From NCBI GenBank assembly GCA_963763075.1, contig CAVXNF010000005.1:210984-274983 (forward strand): 64,000 nucleotides of DNA. The letters are read 5' to 3'. The notes under the pieces were generated by a model. That model saw only the letters and a list, made by a program, of their open reading frames with translations. It ran no database searches and was not told the origin of the DNA. A program made the position numbers and the translations under genes. Shown here in pieces: positions 24,302-34,274 of this stretch. Source of the DNA: an uncultured Chloroflexia bacterium. GTDB lineage: Bacteria; Chloroflexota; Limnocylindria; Limnocylindrales; CSP1-4. How positions within the stretch are numbered: the first letter of the stretch is position 1; every line of letters begins with the position of its first letter.

Positions 24302-24737
24302 CTACTCGAGCTCCGTGGCAACGACGACGTCCGCGCCCGCGTCGTGCAGCGACGACGTCGATCCAGCCCCGGACCGGCCGACGGACGGCGACCTCCGGGA
24401 CCGTCGCCCACCGCGGGTGGATGTCCCGCCTGAGCAGATCTCGCGCATCTGCGCCTGGTGCCGGTCGCGGAGCGCGGGTCCGGTGTTCGGGTAGGCGCGC
24501 AGGTGGAGATCGGCGCCGAGGGCCGCGACGATCCGCGAGTACGTCTCGATCGGACGGATCGGCGTCGTGCCGCTCGAGGCGCGGGACACGAGCGACGCAT
24601 CAATGCCAGCGAGCCGGGCGACCGCCCGCTGGCTCAGGCCCGCATCCTCGCGGAAGCGCCGGAGGTCATCGGCCAGGAGTCGACTGGATCGCTTCGGCGC
24701 GGCGGTCGGCCTCGAGCTGGAGCTTCGATCGCGCCAT
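24302..24737 (-). CDS. XRE-family HTH DNA-binding protein, small; probable frameshift(s), C-terminus uncertain
   Basis: ...LRRFREDAGLSQRAVARLAGIDASLVSRASSGTTPIRPIETYSRIVAALGADL (Cro/C1-type HTH); a likely ATG start (MARSKLQLEADRRAE) lies in an adjacent frame. Confidence 0.5.
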
Positions 24738-25132
24738 GGGCCGAGTACAGCGGTCGCGCCTTGCTCGCGGCTTATCTCGTCGATGACGCGCGTCACACGT
24801 CTGGCGACGTTCGCACGACAATGCGCGCGAGTCAGCAGAGTCAGGCGCGGCGGGCCGCATCAGGCGACAAGGCATCGCTCGATCGCGCTGATGCACAAGC
24901 GTCATCGCCTTCGCGATCTGCCAGCGATTGGATGCATGTGGCGCATCGGCGTGCGAGGGCCGGTTCGCGGTGGCGGCAGCGCTCGGACGCACGCGGCGCG
25001 GCGGGCGACCTGTGGCCGCGGCGAGAGAGCGCGGCGCGGCGCGACCGGCGCCGGAGGCGAGAGACCGAGGGTGGTGCGCGCCGTGGGGCGATCGGCGGCG
25101 GGAACCAGTACCGAAGGTTGCGGGAAGGGTGG

Positions 25133-25162
25133 TTGCGCTCGCACGGAATGGGGGGCTACACT
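25133..25162 (+). promoter_or_regulatory. Candidate sigma-70-like promoter (TTGCGC, 18-nt spacer, TACACT) upstream of the ilvB leader
   Basis: -35-like TTGCGC at 25133-25138 and -10-like TACACT at 25157-25162 (TANNNT class), located about 360 nt upstream of ilvB. Confidence 0.25.
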
Positions 25163-25276
25163 CCGCGGACCCCGCTCCCAGCGGGTGTACAGGAGTTGGG
25201 TCGCTTGGATTTCTTCCAGGGTCACAGCCGGAACCGCGTCGCCGTCGTCGTGACGAGCGATGGGCGCCGCGTCACC

Positions 25277-25423
25277 GTGCCCCTGCGCGACCTCGAATCC
25301 CAGGACGTATCGCTCCTCGGCCTTATTCGCTCGCTCCTTGCCGGCCTTGACAGCCTTCTTGGGCTCCTCATTACCGGCTCCCGGCGGGAGAACGGAGGAA
25401 CGCGGAGGAACGAGCGCCACTGA
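25277..25423 (+). other. Candidate Leu/Ile-rich leader peptide ORF of an ilvBN-ilvC-leuA attenuator
   Basis: ORF ending 24 nt before a strong hairpin: ...DVSLLGLIRSLLAGLDSLLGLLITGSRRENGGTRRNERH (11 Leu, 2 Ile, 2 Val in about 35 residues). It contains a perfect 10-bp tandem duplication CGGAGGAACG x2 (25393-25412). The start codon is uncertain (GTG 25250/25277, no clear SD). Confidence 0.3.
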
Positions 25424-25446
25424 GGCGCCGATCACCGAAGACCGAA

Positions 25447-25475
25447 GGGACCCTCGCCGGGTGGCGAGGGTCTTT
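25447..25475 (+). terminator. Intrinsic-terminator-like hairpin (candidate attenuator) 50 nt upstream of ilvB
   Basis: GGGACCCTCGCC-GGGT-GGCGAGGGTC-TTT: 10-bp perfect GC-rich stem, 4-nt loop, short T tract. Confidence 0.45.
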
Positions 25476-25523
25476 GCATGTTCGGGAGGTCGCGGGGCCG
25501 ACCGGACGGAGGGACGCAGCACG

Positions 25524-27406
25524 ATGACGATGACGAGGGGCGAGGAACCGGCGAGTCCCGCCGCGACCGCGACGCCCGCCGACGCGCCACAGCGTCGCAG
25601 CCACGTGCCGCCGACGGCACGGCGAGCGCGGCGGCGGTCGAGCAGGCGCGCAAGGCGATGCTCCACGAGGTCCGGCCGCGGAAGCGGACGCGGATCGGCG
25701 CCGACGCGCTGATGGAGGCGCTCATCCTCCAGGGCACCGACGTGCTGTGGAGCTACCCGGGCGGCGTGATCCTCCCGATCTACGACATCCTCGGCGACTA
25801 CCCCGAGATCCGGCACGTCCTCGTCCGCCACGAGCAGGGCGGCGGGCACGCGGCCGACGGCTACGCCCGCGCCAGCAACCGGGTCGGCGTGTGCATGGGC
25901 ACGAGCGGCCCGGGCGCCACGAACCTCGTCACCGCGATCGCCACGGCCCAGCTCGACTCGATCCCGATGGTCGCGATCACCGGCAACGTCCCCAACGCCC
26001 TGATCGGCAAGGACGCGTTCCAGGAGATCGACATCACCGGCATCACGCTGCCGATGACGAAGCACAACTACCTGGTCCGGAACGCCGACGACATCCCGCA
26101 CGTCGTCGCCGAGGCGTTCTACCTCGCGGCCCACGGCCGCCCGGGGCCGGTCCACATCGACATCACGAAGGACGCCCTGCAGCAGGAGACACGCGCCGAG
26201 CACCCCTCCCTCGACGACGTGATCGCCGGCGTGCCGGGCTTCCGGCCCACGACCGAGGGCCACCCGAAGCAGCTCAAGCTCGCCGCCCGCGAGATCGCCG
26301 AGGCCAAGCGCCCGCTGATCCTCGCCGGGCACGGCGTCCTCATCGCCGAGGCCTGGGACGCGCTCAAGACGTTCGCCGACAAGACCCAGATCCCCGTCGC
26401 GTGGACGCTGCTCGGCATCGGCGCGATCGACGAGGAGGATCCCCTGGCCTACGGCTACATGGGGATGCACGGCTGGAAGCACGTGAACCGCGCGATCCAG
26501 TCGGCCGACCTCCTGATCGCCATCGGGATGCGGTTCGACGACCGGGTCACCGGCAGCGTCCGGACGTACGCGCCGTACGCCCGGATCATCCACGCCGACA
26601 TCGACCCGGCCGAGATCGGCAAGAACGTCGCGGTCGAGGTGCCGATCGTCGGCGATGCGAAGAAGGTCCTCGAGGGCCTGACCCGCCTCGTCCCCGAGGT
26701 CGATCCCGCGACCCGCGCCGACTACCTCGCGCAGCTGGCCGAGTGGCGCCGCGACTCCGAGGGCTCGTCCTGGCACGGCTCCGGCGCGTGGCGCGACGGC
26801 CTGCTGTCCGCCGACTTCGTCGTCGAGCGGATCGGCGAGCTGACGAACCACATGGCGACCTACGTCGCGGACGTCGGCCAGAACCAGATGTGGCTCGCCC
26901 GGTACACGAAGTTCCGCCGGCCGCACAGCCACGTCAGCTCGGGCGGGCTCGGGACGATGGGCTACTCGGTGCCCGCGGCCATGGGCGCCGCGCTCGGCAA
27001 TCCCGACGTCGAGACCTGGGCGATCACCGGCGACGGCGGCTTCCAGATGACGAGCCAGGAGCTGATGACCCTCGCCGCGGACAACATCCCGGTGAAGATC
27101 GCGCTCCTCGACAACAAGAAGCTCGGGATGATCCGCCAGTGGCAGGAGATCATCTACGGGGGCAACTACCACTCCGCCCACCTGCCCGGGCCGGACTTCG
27201 TCAAGCTCGCCGAGGCGTACGGCGTCCCGGCGTTCAAGGCGACGAGGACCAGCGAGGTCGACGAGGTCATCCAGAAGGCACAGGCCATCGACGGGCCGGT
27301 GCTCATCTGGTTCGAGATCGCCGAGGAGCAGAACGTGTTCCCGATGATGCCGGCGGGCAAGGGCCTGTCCGACCTGATCGAGACGTGGGGGGCGCCGGAG
27401 GAATGA
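25524..27406 (+). CDS. ilvB: Acetolactate synthase large subunit (possible 1-nt frameshift in the N-terminal 120 nt)
   Basis: ThDP enzyme: GADALMEALILQGTDVLWSYPGGVILPIYD...; GDG motif ITGDGGFQMTSQELMT; ATG 25524 has a GGAGGG SD but lies in a different frame from the conserved body (alternative in-frame ATG at 25661). Confidence 0.85.
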
Positions 27407-28011
27407 GCACCGACGACTCGACCCCGAGCGCCAACGGCTCGGCGCCGCACCCGGCCCACTCCACGACGCCGCCCCCGCCGCGGAGCCTGCCGGGCTCGGG
27501 CGAGGCGCGCCGCCACATCCTCGTCGTCCTGGTCCTCGACCGGCCGGGCGTGCTCAACCGCGTCGCGAGCCTCATGCGCGCACGCAACTTCAACATCGAC
27601 TCGCTCGCGGTCAGCCGGACCGACAAGGACCACATCAGCCGGATGACGCTGACGCTCCACGGCGACGACGTCGCGGTCGAGCAGGCCGCGAAGCAGCTCT
27701 ACCGGCTGATCGACGTGCTCAAGGTCCAGGACGTGACCGCCGAGCAGGTCGTCGAGCACGAGCTCGCCCTGATCAAGGTCCGGGTCACCGACGCCAACCG
27801 GGTCGAGGTGATCAAGATCGTCGAGCTCTACAAGGGCTCGGTCGTCGACATCTCGACCGACGCCGTGATCGTCGAGGCCCACGGCACCGAGACGGAGATC
27901 GACGCGCTCGTCGCGCTCCTCCGCTCGTACGGCATCAAGGAGCTCGTCCGCACCGGGGCCACCGTGATGCTCCGGGGCGCGACCAGCATCGAGGAGGCGC
28001 TGAAGCTCTGA
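27403..28011 (+). CDS. ilvN: Acetolactate synthase small (regulatory) subunit
   Basis: ACT domain HILVVLVLDRPGVLNRVASLMRARNFNIDSLAVSRTD...; ATGA start/stop overlap with ilvB. Confidence 0.9.
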   Translation: MSTDDSTPSANGSAPHPAHSTTPPPPRSLPGSGEARRHILVVLVLDRPGVLNRVASLMRARNFNIDSLAVSRTDKDHISRMTLTLHGDDVAVEQAAKQLYRLIDVLKVQDVTAEQVVEHELALIKVRVTDANRVEVIKIVELYKGSVVDISTDAVIVEAHGTETEIDALVALLRSYGIKELVRTGATVMLRGATSIEEALKL

Positions 28012-28103
28012 GGCCGCGCCCCGGCCCACGGGCGACGCCCATCGCCCGCCGTCATCGAACGTTCGTCCCCGACCCCGTCATCGACTGAAAGGAACCGGAC
28101 CCT

Positions 28104-29159
28104 GTGACAGCCAAGATGTACTACGACGCCGACGCCGATCTCGCGGCGCTCGAGGGCCAGACCGTCGCCGTCATCGGGTACGGGAGCCAGGGCCACGCCC
28201 ACGCCCAGAACCTGCGTGACTCGGGCGTGCGCGTGATCGTCGGCCTCGCGGACGGCTCCAAGAGCCGCTCGATCGCCGAGGCGGCGGGCTTCGAGGTCCC
28301 GACCGTCGCCGACGCGGTGAAGCAGGCCGACGTGATCATGATCGCCGTGCCCGACACGCTCCAGAAGTCGGTCTACGACGGCGAGATCGAGCCCAACCTC
28401 CGGCCCGGGCAGCTGCTGATGTTCGCCCACGGCTTCAACATCCGGTTCGGCCGGGTCCTGCCGCCGGAGTCGATCGACGTCGGGATGGTCGCCCCCAAGG
28501 GCCCCGGCCACCTGCTGCGCAGCGTGTACGAGCAGGGCGGCGGCGTGCCGGCGCTGTTCGCGGTCGAGCAGGATCCCTCGGGCACGGGCCGGGCGCGGAC
28601 GCTCGCCTACGCGCGGGGCCTCGGCTCGACGCGGGCCGGCGTCCTCGAGACGACGTTCAAGGAGGAGACCGAGACCGACCTGTTCGGCGAGCAGGCGCTC
28701 CTGTGCGGCGGCGTCTCGGCGCTGGTCAAGGCGGCCTTCGAGACGCTCGTCGAGGCGGGCTACCAGCCCGAGCTCGCGTACTTCGAGACGATGCACGAGC
28801 TCAAGCTGATCGTGGACCTGATGTACCGCGGCGGCCTCAACTTCATGCGCTTCAGCGTGTCCGACACCGCGGAGTACGGCGACTACGTCTCCGGGCCGCG
28901 GGTCACCGAGGGCGCGAAGGCCGCGATGCAGGACGTCCTCACCGACATCCAGTCCGGGGCGTTCGCCGCCAAGTGGATCGCGGTCCAGGAGGCCGGCGGC
29001 GAGGACTTCCGCCGGCTGCGCGACCAGGACAAGAACCACCAGATCGAGCAGGTCGGCGCCGACCTGCGGGCGAAGATGCCGTTCCTCAAGCCGGTCGTCG
29101 TCGAGGCGGGCCAGGCGCAGGCGGTGACCGAGGCGGTAGCCGCGGGCGGTGAGCGATGA
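28104..29159 (+). CDS. ilvC: Ketol-acid reductoisomerase
   Basis: [41 protein letters not shown]...; AAAGGAA SD; intact. Confidence 0.92.
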   Translation: MTAKMYYDADADLAALEGQTVAVIGYGSQGHAHAQNLRDSGVRVIVGLADGSKSRSIAEAAGFEVPTVADAVKQADVIMIAVPDTLQKSVYDGEIEPNLRPGQLLMFAHGFNIRFGRVLPPESIDVGMVAPKGPGHLLRSVYEQGGGVPALFAVEQDPSGTGRARTLAYARGLGSTRAGVLETTFKEETETDLFGEQALLCGGVSALVKAAFETLVEAGYQPELAYFETMHELKLIVDLMYRGGLNFMRFSVSDTAEYGDYVSGPRVTEGAKAAMQDVLTDIQSGAFAAKWIAVQEAGGEDFRRLRDQDKNHQIEQVGADLRAKMPFLKPVVVEAGQAQAVTEAVAAGGER

Positions 29160-30799
29160 CGTTCGAGGCCATCGCGCCCCGGTTCGGCGGGGGCGTCGCG
29201 TCGGGCCAGATCCGGATCTTCGACACGACGCTCCGTGACGGCGAGCAGGCGCCCGGCGCCGGCCTGACCGCCGCCGAGAAGCTCGAGGTCGCGCGCCAGC
29301 TCGCGCGGCTCAAGGTCGACGTCATCGAGGCGGGCTTTCCTGCCGCGTCGCCCGGCGACTTCGAGGCGGTCCGCCGGATCGCGCAGGAGACGAAGGGCGG
29401 GATCGCGGTCGCGGCGCTCGCGCGCTGCAAGGACGGCGACCCGCAGCGGGCGGTCGAGGCGATCGGGATCGCCGAGCGGCCGCACCTCCACCTGTTCATC
29501 GCCACCAGCGACATCCACCTCAAGCACAAGCTGCGCATCGACCGCGACGAGGCCCGTCGCGAGGCCGTGCGCTGGGTCAAGTGGGCCCGCGAGACGCTGG
29601 GCCGCGACGCCGAGATCGAGTTCTCCGCCGAGGACGCCTCCCGGACCGAGGACGACTTCCTGCTCGACATCTACGAGGCCGTCACCGAGGCCGGCGCCTC
29701 GACCCTCAACATCCCGGACACCGTCGGCTACGCGATCCCGTCCGAGTTCGGCGCGCTCGTCGGCCGGGTCAAGGACCGGATCGGGGACGCCGCGGTCATC
29801 TCGGTCCACTGCCACAACGACCTGGGGCTCGCGACGGCGAACACCCTCGCGGCGGTCCAGGCCGGCGCCCGCCAGGTCGAGGTCACGATCAACGGCCTCG
29901 GCGAGCGGGCCGGCAACGCCTCCCTCGAGGAGGTCGTGATGGCCCTGCGGACGCGCCCGGCGCAGTTCCCGCAGCTGGCGGCCGGCGTCCAGACCGAGCA
30001 GCTGACCCCGGCCAGCCGCCTCGTCAGCTATCTCACCGGCTTCGCGATCCAGCCCAACAAGGCGATCGTCGGCTCGAACGCGTTCGCGCACGAGTCCGGG
30101 ATCCACCAGGACGGCTACCTCAAGAACCCGCTGACCTACGAGATCATGACCCCGCAGTCGGTCGGCCTCCAGGGCAGCACCCTGTCGATCGGCAAGCTGT
30201 CCGGCCGGCGCGGCCTCCAGGGCAAGCTCCAGGAGCTGGGCGTGGACGTGGAGGGCGAGCAGCTCGACGCGATCTACCGCGCGGCGATCGCCCTCGCCGA
30301 CACGAAGAAGGAGGTCACCGACGCGGACCTGCTGGCGCTCGTCAACGAGCGCAAGAGCGACGTGCCGCGATCCGTGGAGCTCCTCGGCTGGAGTGTCAGC
30401 TCGGCGTCCGGCGGGCACTCCGTGGGCAGCGTCTCGCTCGTCGTCGCGGGCGAGGCGAAGGCTGCCAATGAGACCGGCAACGGCCCCGTCAACGCGCTGT
30501 ACAAGGCCGTGGACGAGGCGGTCCGCCCGGTCCTCCACTGGGCGCCGGTGCTCACCGAGTACGAGATCAAGGCCGTGTCCGCGGGCGAGGACGCCCAGGG
30601 GCAGGTCCTCGTGCGCTGCCGCCGCTCGTCCGACGAGGGGCCCGGGGCGCTCGTGGTCACCGGCCACGGGTTGAGCACGAACATCATCGAGGCGTCGCTC
30701 GAGGGCTACCTCACCGCGATCAACAAGCTCCACGGCGCCGAGATCAACGGCATCGAGGTCGCGTTCGTCGGCCGGCGGACCGCCGAGGAGCTGCCGTGA
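29156..30799 (+). CDS. leuA: 2-isopropylmalate synthase (short bacterial type with C-terminal LeuA-dimer regulatory domain)
   Basis: [20 protein letters not shown]...[21 protein letters not shown]...; C-terminal allosteric domain; ATGA overlap with ilvC. Confidence 0.9.
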   Translation: MTFEAIAPRFGGGVASGQIRIFDTTLRDGEQAPGAGLTAAEKLEVARQLARLKVDVIEAGFPAASPGDFEAVRRIAQETKGGIAVAALARCKDGDPQRAVEAIGIAERPHLHLFIATSDIHLKHKLRIDRDEARREAVRWVKWARETLGRDAEIEFSAEDASRTEDDFLLDIYEAVTEAGASTLNIPDTVGYAIPSEFGALVGRVKDRIGDAAVISVHCHNDLGLATANTLAAVQAGARQVEVTINGLGERAGNASLEEVVMALRTRPAQFPQLAAGVQTEQLTPASRLVSYLTGFAIQPNKAIVGSNAFAHESGIHQDGYLKNPLTYEIMTPQSVGLQGSTLSIGKLSGRRGLQGKLQELGVDVEGEQLDAIYRAAIALADTKKEVTDADLLALVNERKSDVPRSVELLGWSVSSASGGHSVGSVSLVVAGEAKAANETGNGPVNALYKAVDEAVRPVLHWAPVLTEYEIKAVSAGEDAQGQVLVRCRRSSDEGPGALVVTGHGLSTNIIEASLEGYLTAINKLHGAEINGIEVAFVGRRTAEELP

Positions 30800-30853
30800 C
30801 GGAGACCGGCCTCGCGCGCCGCACCGGGCACGGCCGACGGCAGCGGGCCAGCG

Positions 30854-31963
30854 GTGACCTACCGGATCGCGCTCGTCCCCGGTGACGGGGTCGGGCCGGA
30901 GGTCATCGCCGGGGCGGTCCACGTCCTCGAAGCGGTCGGTGCCCGGTTCGGGTTCGGCTTCGCGTGGCAGGAGCTCACGATCGGCGGCGCGGCGATCGAC
31001 GCGTACGGGACGGCCTGCCGGCCCGAGGACGTCGAGGCGTGCCGCGACGCCGATGCCGTGCTGCTCGGCGCGGTCGGCGGGCCGAAGTGGGACAACCCCG
31101 ACGCCACGGTCCGGCCGGAGCAGGCGCTGTTCGCGCTCCGCGGCGGGCTCGGGCTGTACGCGAACCTGCGCCCGATCACCGTCCAGCCGCAGCTCATCGA
31201 CGCCTCGCCGCTCAAGCCGGAGCTGCTCGAGGGCGTGGACTGCCTCATCCTCCGCGAGCTCACCAGCGGCCTGTACTTCGGCAAGCCGTCGGAGCAGCGC
31301 ACGACCGACGAGGGCCGGGCCGCGATCGACACGCTGTGGTACACGGAGGCGGAGATCCGCCGGATCGTGACCCTCGCGTTCGAGCTCGCCCGGACCCGCC
31401 GCAGGAAGGTCACCCAGGTCGACAAGGCGAACGTCCTCGCGACGAGCCGCCTGTGGCGCAAGGTGACCGACGAGGTCCACGCCGACTTCCCCGACGTCGA
31501 GCTGGAGCACCGGCTCGTCGACAGCGCCGCGATGACGCTCGCGAAGTGGCCGGCGGGCTTCGACGTCCTCGTGACCGAGAACCTGTTCGGCGACATCCTC
31601 TCGGACGAGGCGGCGGTCATCGCCGGCTCGCTGGGGCTGCTGCCGTCGGCGTCGCTCGGGACGCGCGAGACGGCCTACGGGCGTCACGGCCTGTACGAGC
31701 CGATCCACGGCTCGGCGCCGGACATCGCGGGCCAGGACCTCGCCAACCCGCTGGGGACGATCCTGTCCGCGGCGATGATGCTCCGCTGGTCGCTCGGCCA
31801 GCCGGAGGCCGCCGCCGCGATCGAGACGGCGGTCGACGACGCGCTCGATGCCGGCTACCGGACCCGCGACCTGCTGCCGGCCGGCGGCGCGGACGACGGT
31901 GCGCTGACGCTCGTCGGCACGAGGGAGATGGCGCGCGTGATCGGGGACCGGATCGCGATTTGA
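30854..31963 (+). CDS. leuB: 3-isopropylmalate dehydrogenase
   Basis: MTYRIALVPGDGVGPEV...NLFGDILSDEAA...GSAPDIAGQDLANP. Confidence 0.9.
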   Translation: MTYRIALVPGDGVGPEVIAGAVHVLEAVGARFGFGFAWQELTIGGAAIDAYGTACRPEDVEACRDADAVLLGAVGGPKWDNPDATVRPEQALFALRGGLGLYANLRPITVQPQLIDASPLKPELLEGVDCLILRELTSGLYFGKPSEQRTTDEGRAAIDTLWYTEAEIRRIVTLAFELARTRRRKVTQVDKANVLATSRLWRKVTDEVHADFPDVELEHRLVDSAAMTLAKWPAGFDVLVTENLFGDILSDEAAVIAGSLGLLPSASLGTRETAYGRHGLYEPIHGSAPDIAGQDLANPLGTILSAAMMLRWSLGQPEAAAAIETAVDDALDAGYRTRDLLPAGGADDGALTLVGTREMARVIGDRIAI

Positions 31964-32041
31964 CGGCCGGTGCCCGCCGCAGCGCGGGTGACCGGCCATC
32001 GCCGATCTGACGACCCGACCCCGCATGCAGGACACGCACCC

Positions 32042-33727
32042 ATGACGACCGATCCGACCGCCCCGCCCGTCATCCTCTACGACACGACCCTCCGCGACGG
32101 CACCCAGGGCGAGAACATCACGCTCTCGCTCGCGGACAAGCTGCGCGTCGCGCGGATGCTCGACGAGTACGGCTTCCCGTTCATCGAGGGCGGCTGGCCG
32201 GGCTCCAACCCGAAGGACATCGAGTTCTTCGCGGCCGCCCGGACGACGCGCTGGGAGCAGGCGAAGCTCGCCGCGTTCGGCTCCACGCGCCACCGGTCCA
32301 ACCGGCCGGAGGCGGACCCGAACCTCCAGGAGCTGGTCAAGGCCGAGACGCCGGTCGTCACGATCTTCGGCAAGTCGTGGCTGCTCCACGTGACCGAGGT
32401 CCTGGGCGCCACGCCGGCCGAGAACCTGGACATGATCGCGGACTCGGTGGGGTTCATCGTCGAGCGCGGCCGCGAGGCGGTGTACGACGCCGAGCACTTC
32501 TTCGACGGCTACAAGGCCGACCGCGACTACGCGCTGTCGACGCTCCGCGCCGCACGCCAGGCCGGCGCCCGGACGCTCGTCCTGTGCGACACCAACGGCG
32601 GCACGCTCACCGACGAGCTGGTCCGGATCGTCGGCGACGTCCGCGGCTCGCTCGAGGGCGAGCCCGATGCGCCGCCGGTCACGTGGGGCATCCACACCCA
32701 CAACGACGCCGAGCTCGCGGTCGCCAACTCGATCGCCGCGGTCCAGGCCGGCATCCGCCACGTGCAGGCGACGATCAACGGCTACGGCGAGCGGTGCGGC
32801 AACGCGAACATGGTCTCGATCCTCGCCAACCTCGCGCTCAAGACCCCGGCGCCGCTCATGCCCACCGGCGGCGGCTCGCTGGCCGACCTGACGGAGCTCA
32901 GCCGGAGCGTCGCGGAGATCGCGAACGTCGCCCCCAACGACTACCAGCCGTACGTCGGCCGGTCGGCGTTCGCGCACAAGGGCGGCGTCCACGGCGCGGC
33001 CGTGGCCAAGGTCGAGCGGAGCTACCAGCACGTCGACCCGTCGTCCGTCGGCAATGCCGGCCGGCTCGTCGTGAGCGAGCTGGGCGGCAGGGCGAACACC
33101 GAGATCCGGGCCCGCCAGCTCGGCCACGACCTGGCCGGCATCGTCGATCCCCGCGAGCTGTCGAAGATCATCAAGCAGCTCGAGCACGAGGGGCTCGCGT
33201 TCGAGGGCGCCGAGGCGAGCTTCGAGCTCCTCATCAAGCGCCAGGCGGCCGACTACGCCGCGCCGTTCCGGATCGTCGACTACACCTGTCTCGTGGAGCA
33301 GCGGTCCGGCCGCGAGCTCCTCGCCGAGGCGACGGTCAAGGTCGAGGTCGCGGGCGAGGTGCTCCACACCGCCGCCGACGGCAACGGCCCGGTCAACGCG
33401 CTCGACGGCGCGCTGCGCAAGGCGCTCCGGGCGTTCTACCCGCAGCTCGACACGGTCCACCTCGTCGACTACAAGGTCCGCATCCTCGACGGGGGGACCG
33501 CGACGGCGGCCCGGACGCGCGTCATCATCGATTCGCAGGACGGCGCGCTGACGTGGTCCACCATGGGCAGCGACACGAACATCATCGCGGCCTCGGCGCA
33601 GGCGCTCGCCGACTCGCTGGAGTACGCGATCTGGAAGTCCGGGGCCGAGCTCCGGCGGCGCGACGAGCGCCACTTCACGACGTCGAACGGGCAGCCCGCC
33701 ACGGCCGCCCCGGGAGGGCACGAATGA
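32042..33727 (+). CDS. cimA: (R)-citramalate synthase-type LeuA homolog (CimA-like)
   Basis: PVILYDTTLRDGTQGENITLSLADKLRVARMLDEYGFPFIEGGWPGSNPKDIEFF... (CimA/TIGR00977-style N-terminus); C-terminal LeuA-dimer domain; intact. Confidence 0.8.
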   Translation: MTTDPTAPPVILYDTTLRDGTQGENITLSLADKLRVARMLDEYGFPFIEGGWPGSNPKDIEFFAAARTTRWEQAKLAAFGSTRHRSNRPEADPNLQELVKAETPVVTIFGKSWLLHVTEVLGATPAENLDMIADSVGFIVERGREAVYDAEHFFDGYKADRDYALSTLRAARQAGARTLVLCDTNGGTLTDELVRIVGDVRGSLEGEPDAPPVTWGIHTHNDAELAVANSIAAVQAGIRHVQATINGYGERCGNANMVSILANLALKTPAPLMPTGGGSLADLTELSRSVAEIANVAPNDYQPYVGRSAFAHKGGVHGAAVAKVERSYQHVDPSSVGNAGRLVVSELGGRANTEIRARQLGHDLAGIVDPRELSKIIKQLEHEGLAFEGAEASFELLIKRQAADYAAPFRIVDYTCLVEQRSGRELLAEATVKVEVAGEVLHTAADGNGPVNALDGALRKALRAFYPQLDTVHLVDYKVRILDGGTATAARTRVIIDSQDGALTWSTMGSDTNIIAASAQALADSLEYAIWKSGAELRRRDERHFTTSNGQPATAAPGGHE

Positions 33728-34274
33728 CCGACGCCCCGCGCCTCGCCCCCTCGGGCTCCGACCAGGTCAGCCTCGAGCGCTGGACGGTCACGTCCGGCTC
33801 CAACGCGAGCAGCCGTGCCGCGGTCGTGCTCCAGGCCGGCAGCCACGACTGGCAGGCCTCGGCGGAGGGGACGGGCGCCGTCGACGCGCTGTTCAAGGCG
33901 ATCGACCAGGCGCTGGCGCCGATCCTCGACGGGCATCCGCGGCTCGTCGCCTACGACGTCCACGCGCTGGACGAGGGTCCGGCCGCCGAGGGACGGGTCA
34001 TCGTCCAGATCGCCCCGCCGCCGAGCGCGGCAGGGGACCGGGCGGACGGCCGGTTCACCGGCGAGGTCGCGTCGACCAACACGATCGCCGCCTCGGTCGA
34101 GGCCTACGTCGACGCGCTCAACGCGATGCTCGGCGGAGCAGTCGTGGGCCGGCGCCGCGGACGAGGCCGGGGTCGCGCCGCAGCGGCGGCCGCGGCACGG
34201 ACTCGCCCGGCCCGACGACCGAGTTCGACACCGACGCCGGCCACATCGACACGACGGAGTGGTTCAACCGCTAG
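33724..34274 (+). CDS. Standalone LeuA-allosteric (LeuA_dimer-like) domain protein, translationally coupled to cimA; at least 1 frameshift in a low-complexity linker
   Basis: DWQASAEGTGAVDALFKAIDQALAPILDGHPRLVAYDVHALDEGPAAEGRVIVQIAPP...GRFTGEVASTNTIAASVEAYVDALNAML matches the GNGPVDA...ASxxAYxxALN regulatory-domain pattern; ATGA overlap with the cimA stop; C-terminus ...EFDTDAGHIDTTEWFNR found in another frame. Confidence 0.5.

Noticed and set aside
25146-25423. Alternative reading of the ilv leader region as a 92-aa protein (MGGYTPRTPLPAGVQELGRLDFFQGHSRNRVAVVVTSDGRRVTVPLRDL...) with a weak AbrB/MazE-like RVTVPLRDL stretch
   Set aside because: The ATG lies inside the predicted promoter spacer, there is no SD, and the C-terminal Leu-rich tail is unlike AbrB/MazE proteins. 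The leader-peptide/attenuator interpretation fits the context better, but this alternative is not excluded.
28883-33721. 1612-aa ORF on the minus strand spanning leuA-leuB-cimA, with similar long antisense ORFs at 714-2570, 16881-18905, 17275-19224 and 38787-40964
   Set aside because: Antisense to well-supported genes, Arg/Gly/Pro-rich low-complexity translations, no motifs: the usual stop-codon-poor artefact of 70 %+ GC DNA.
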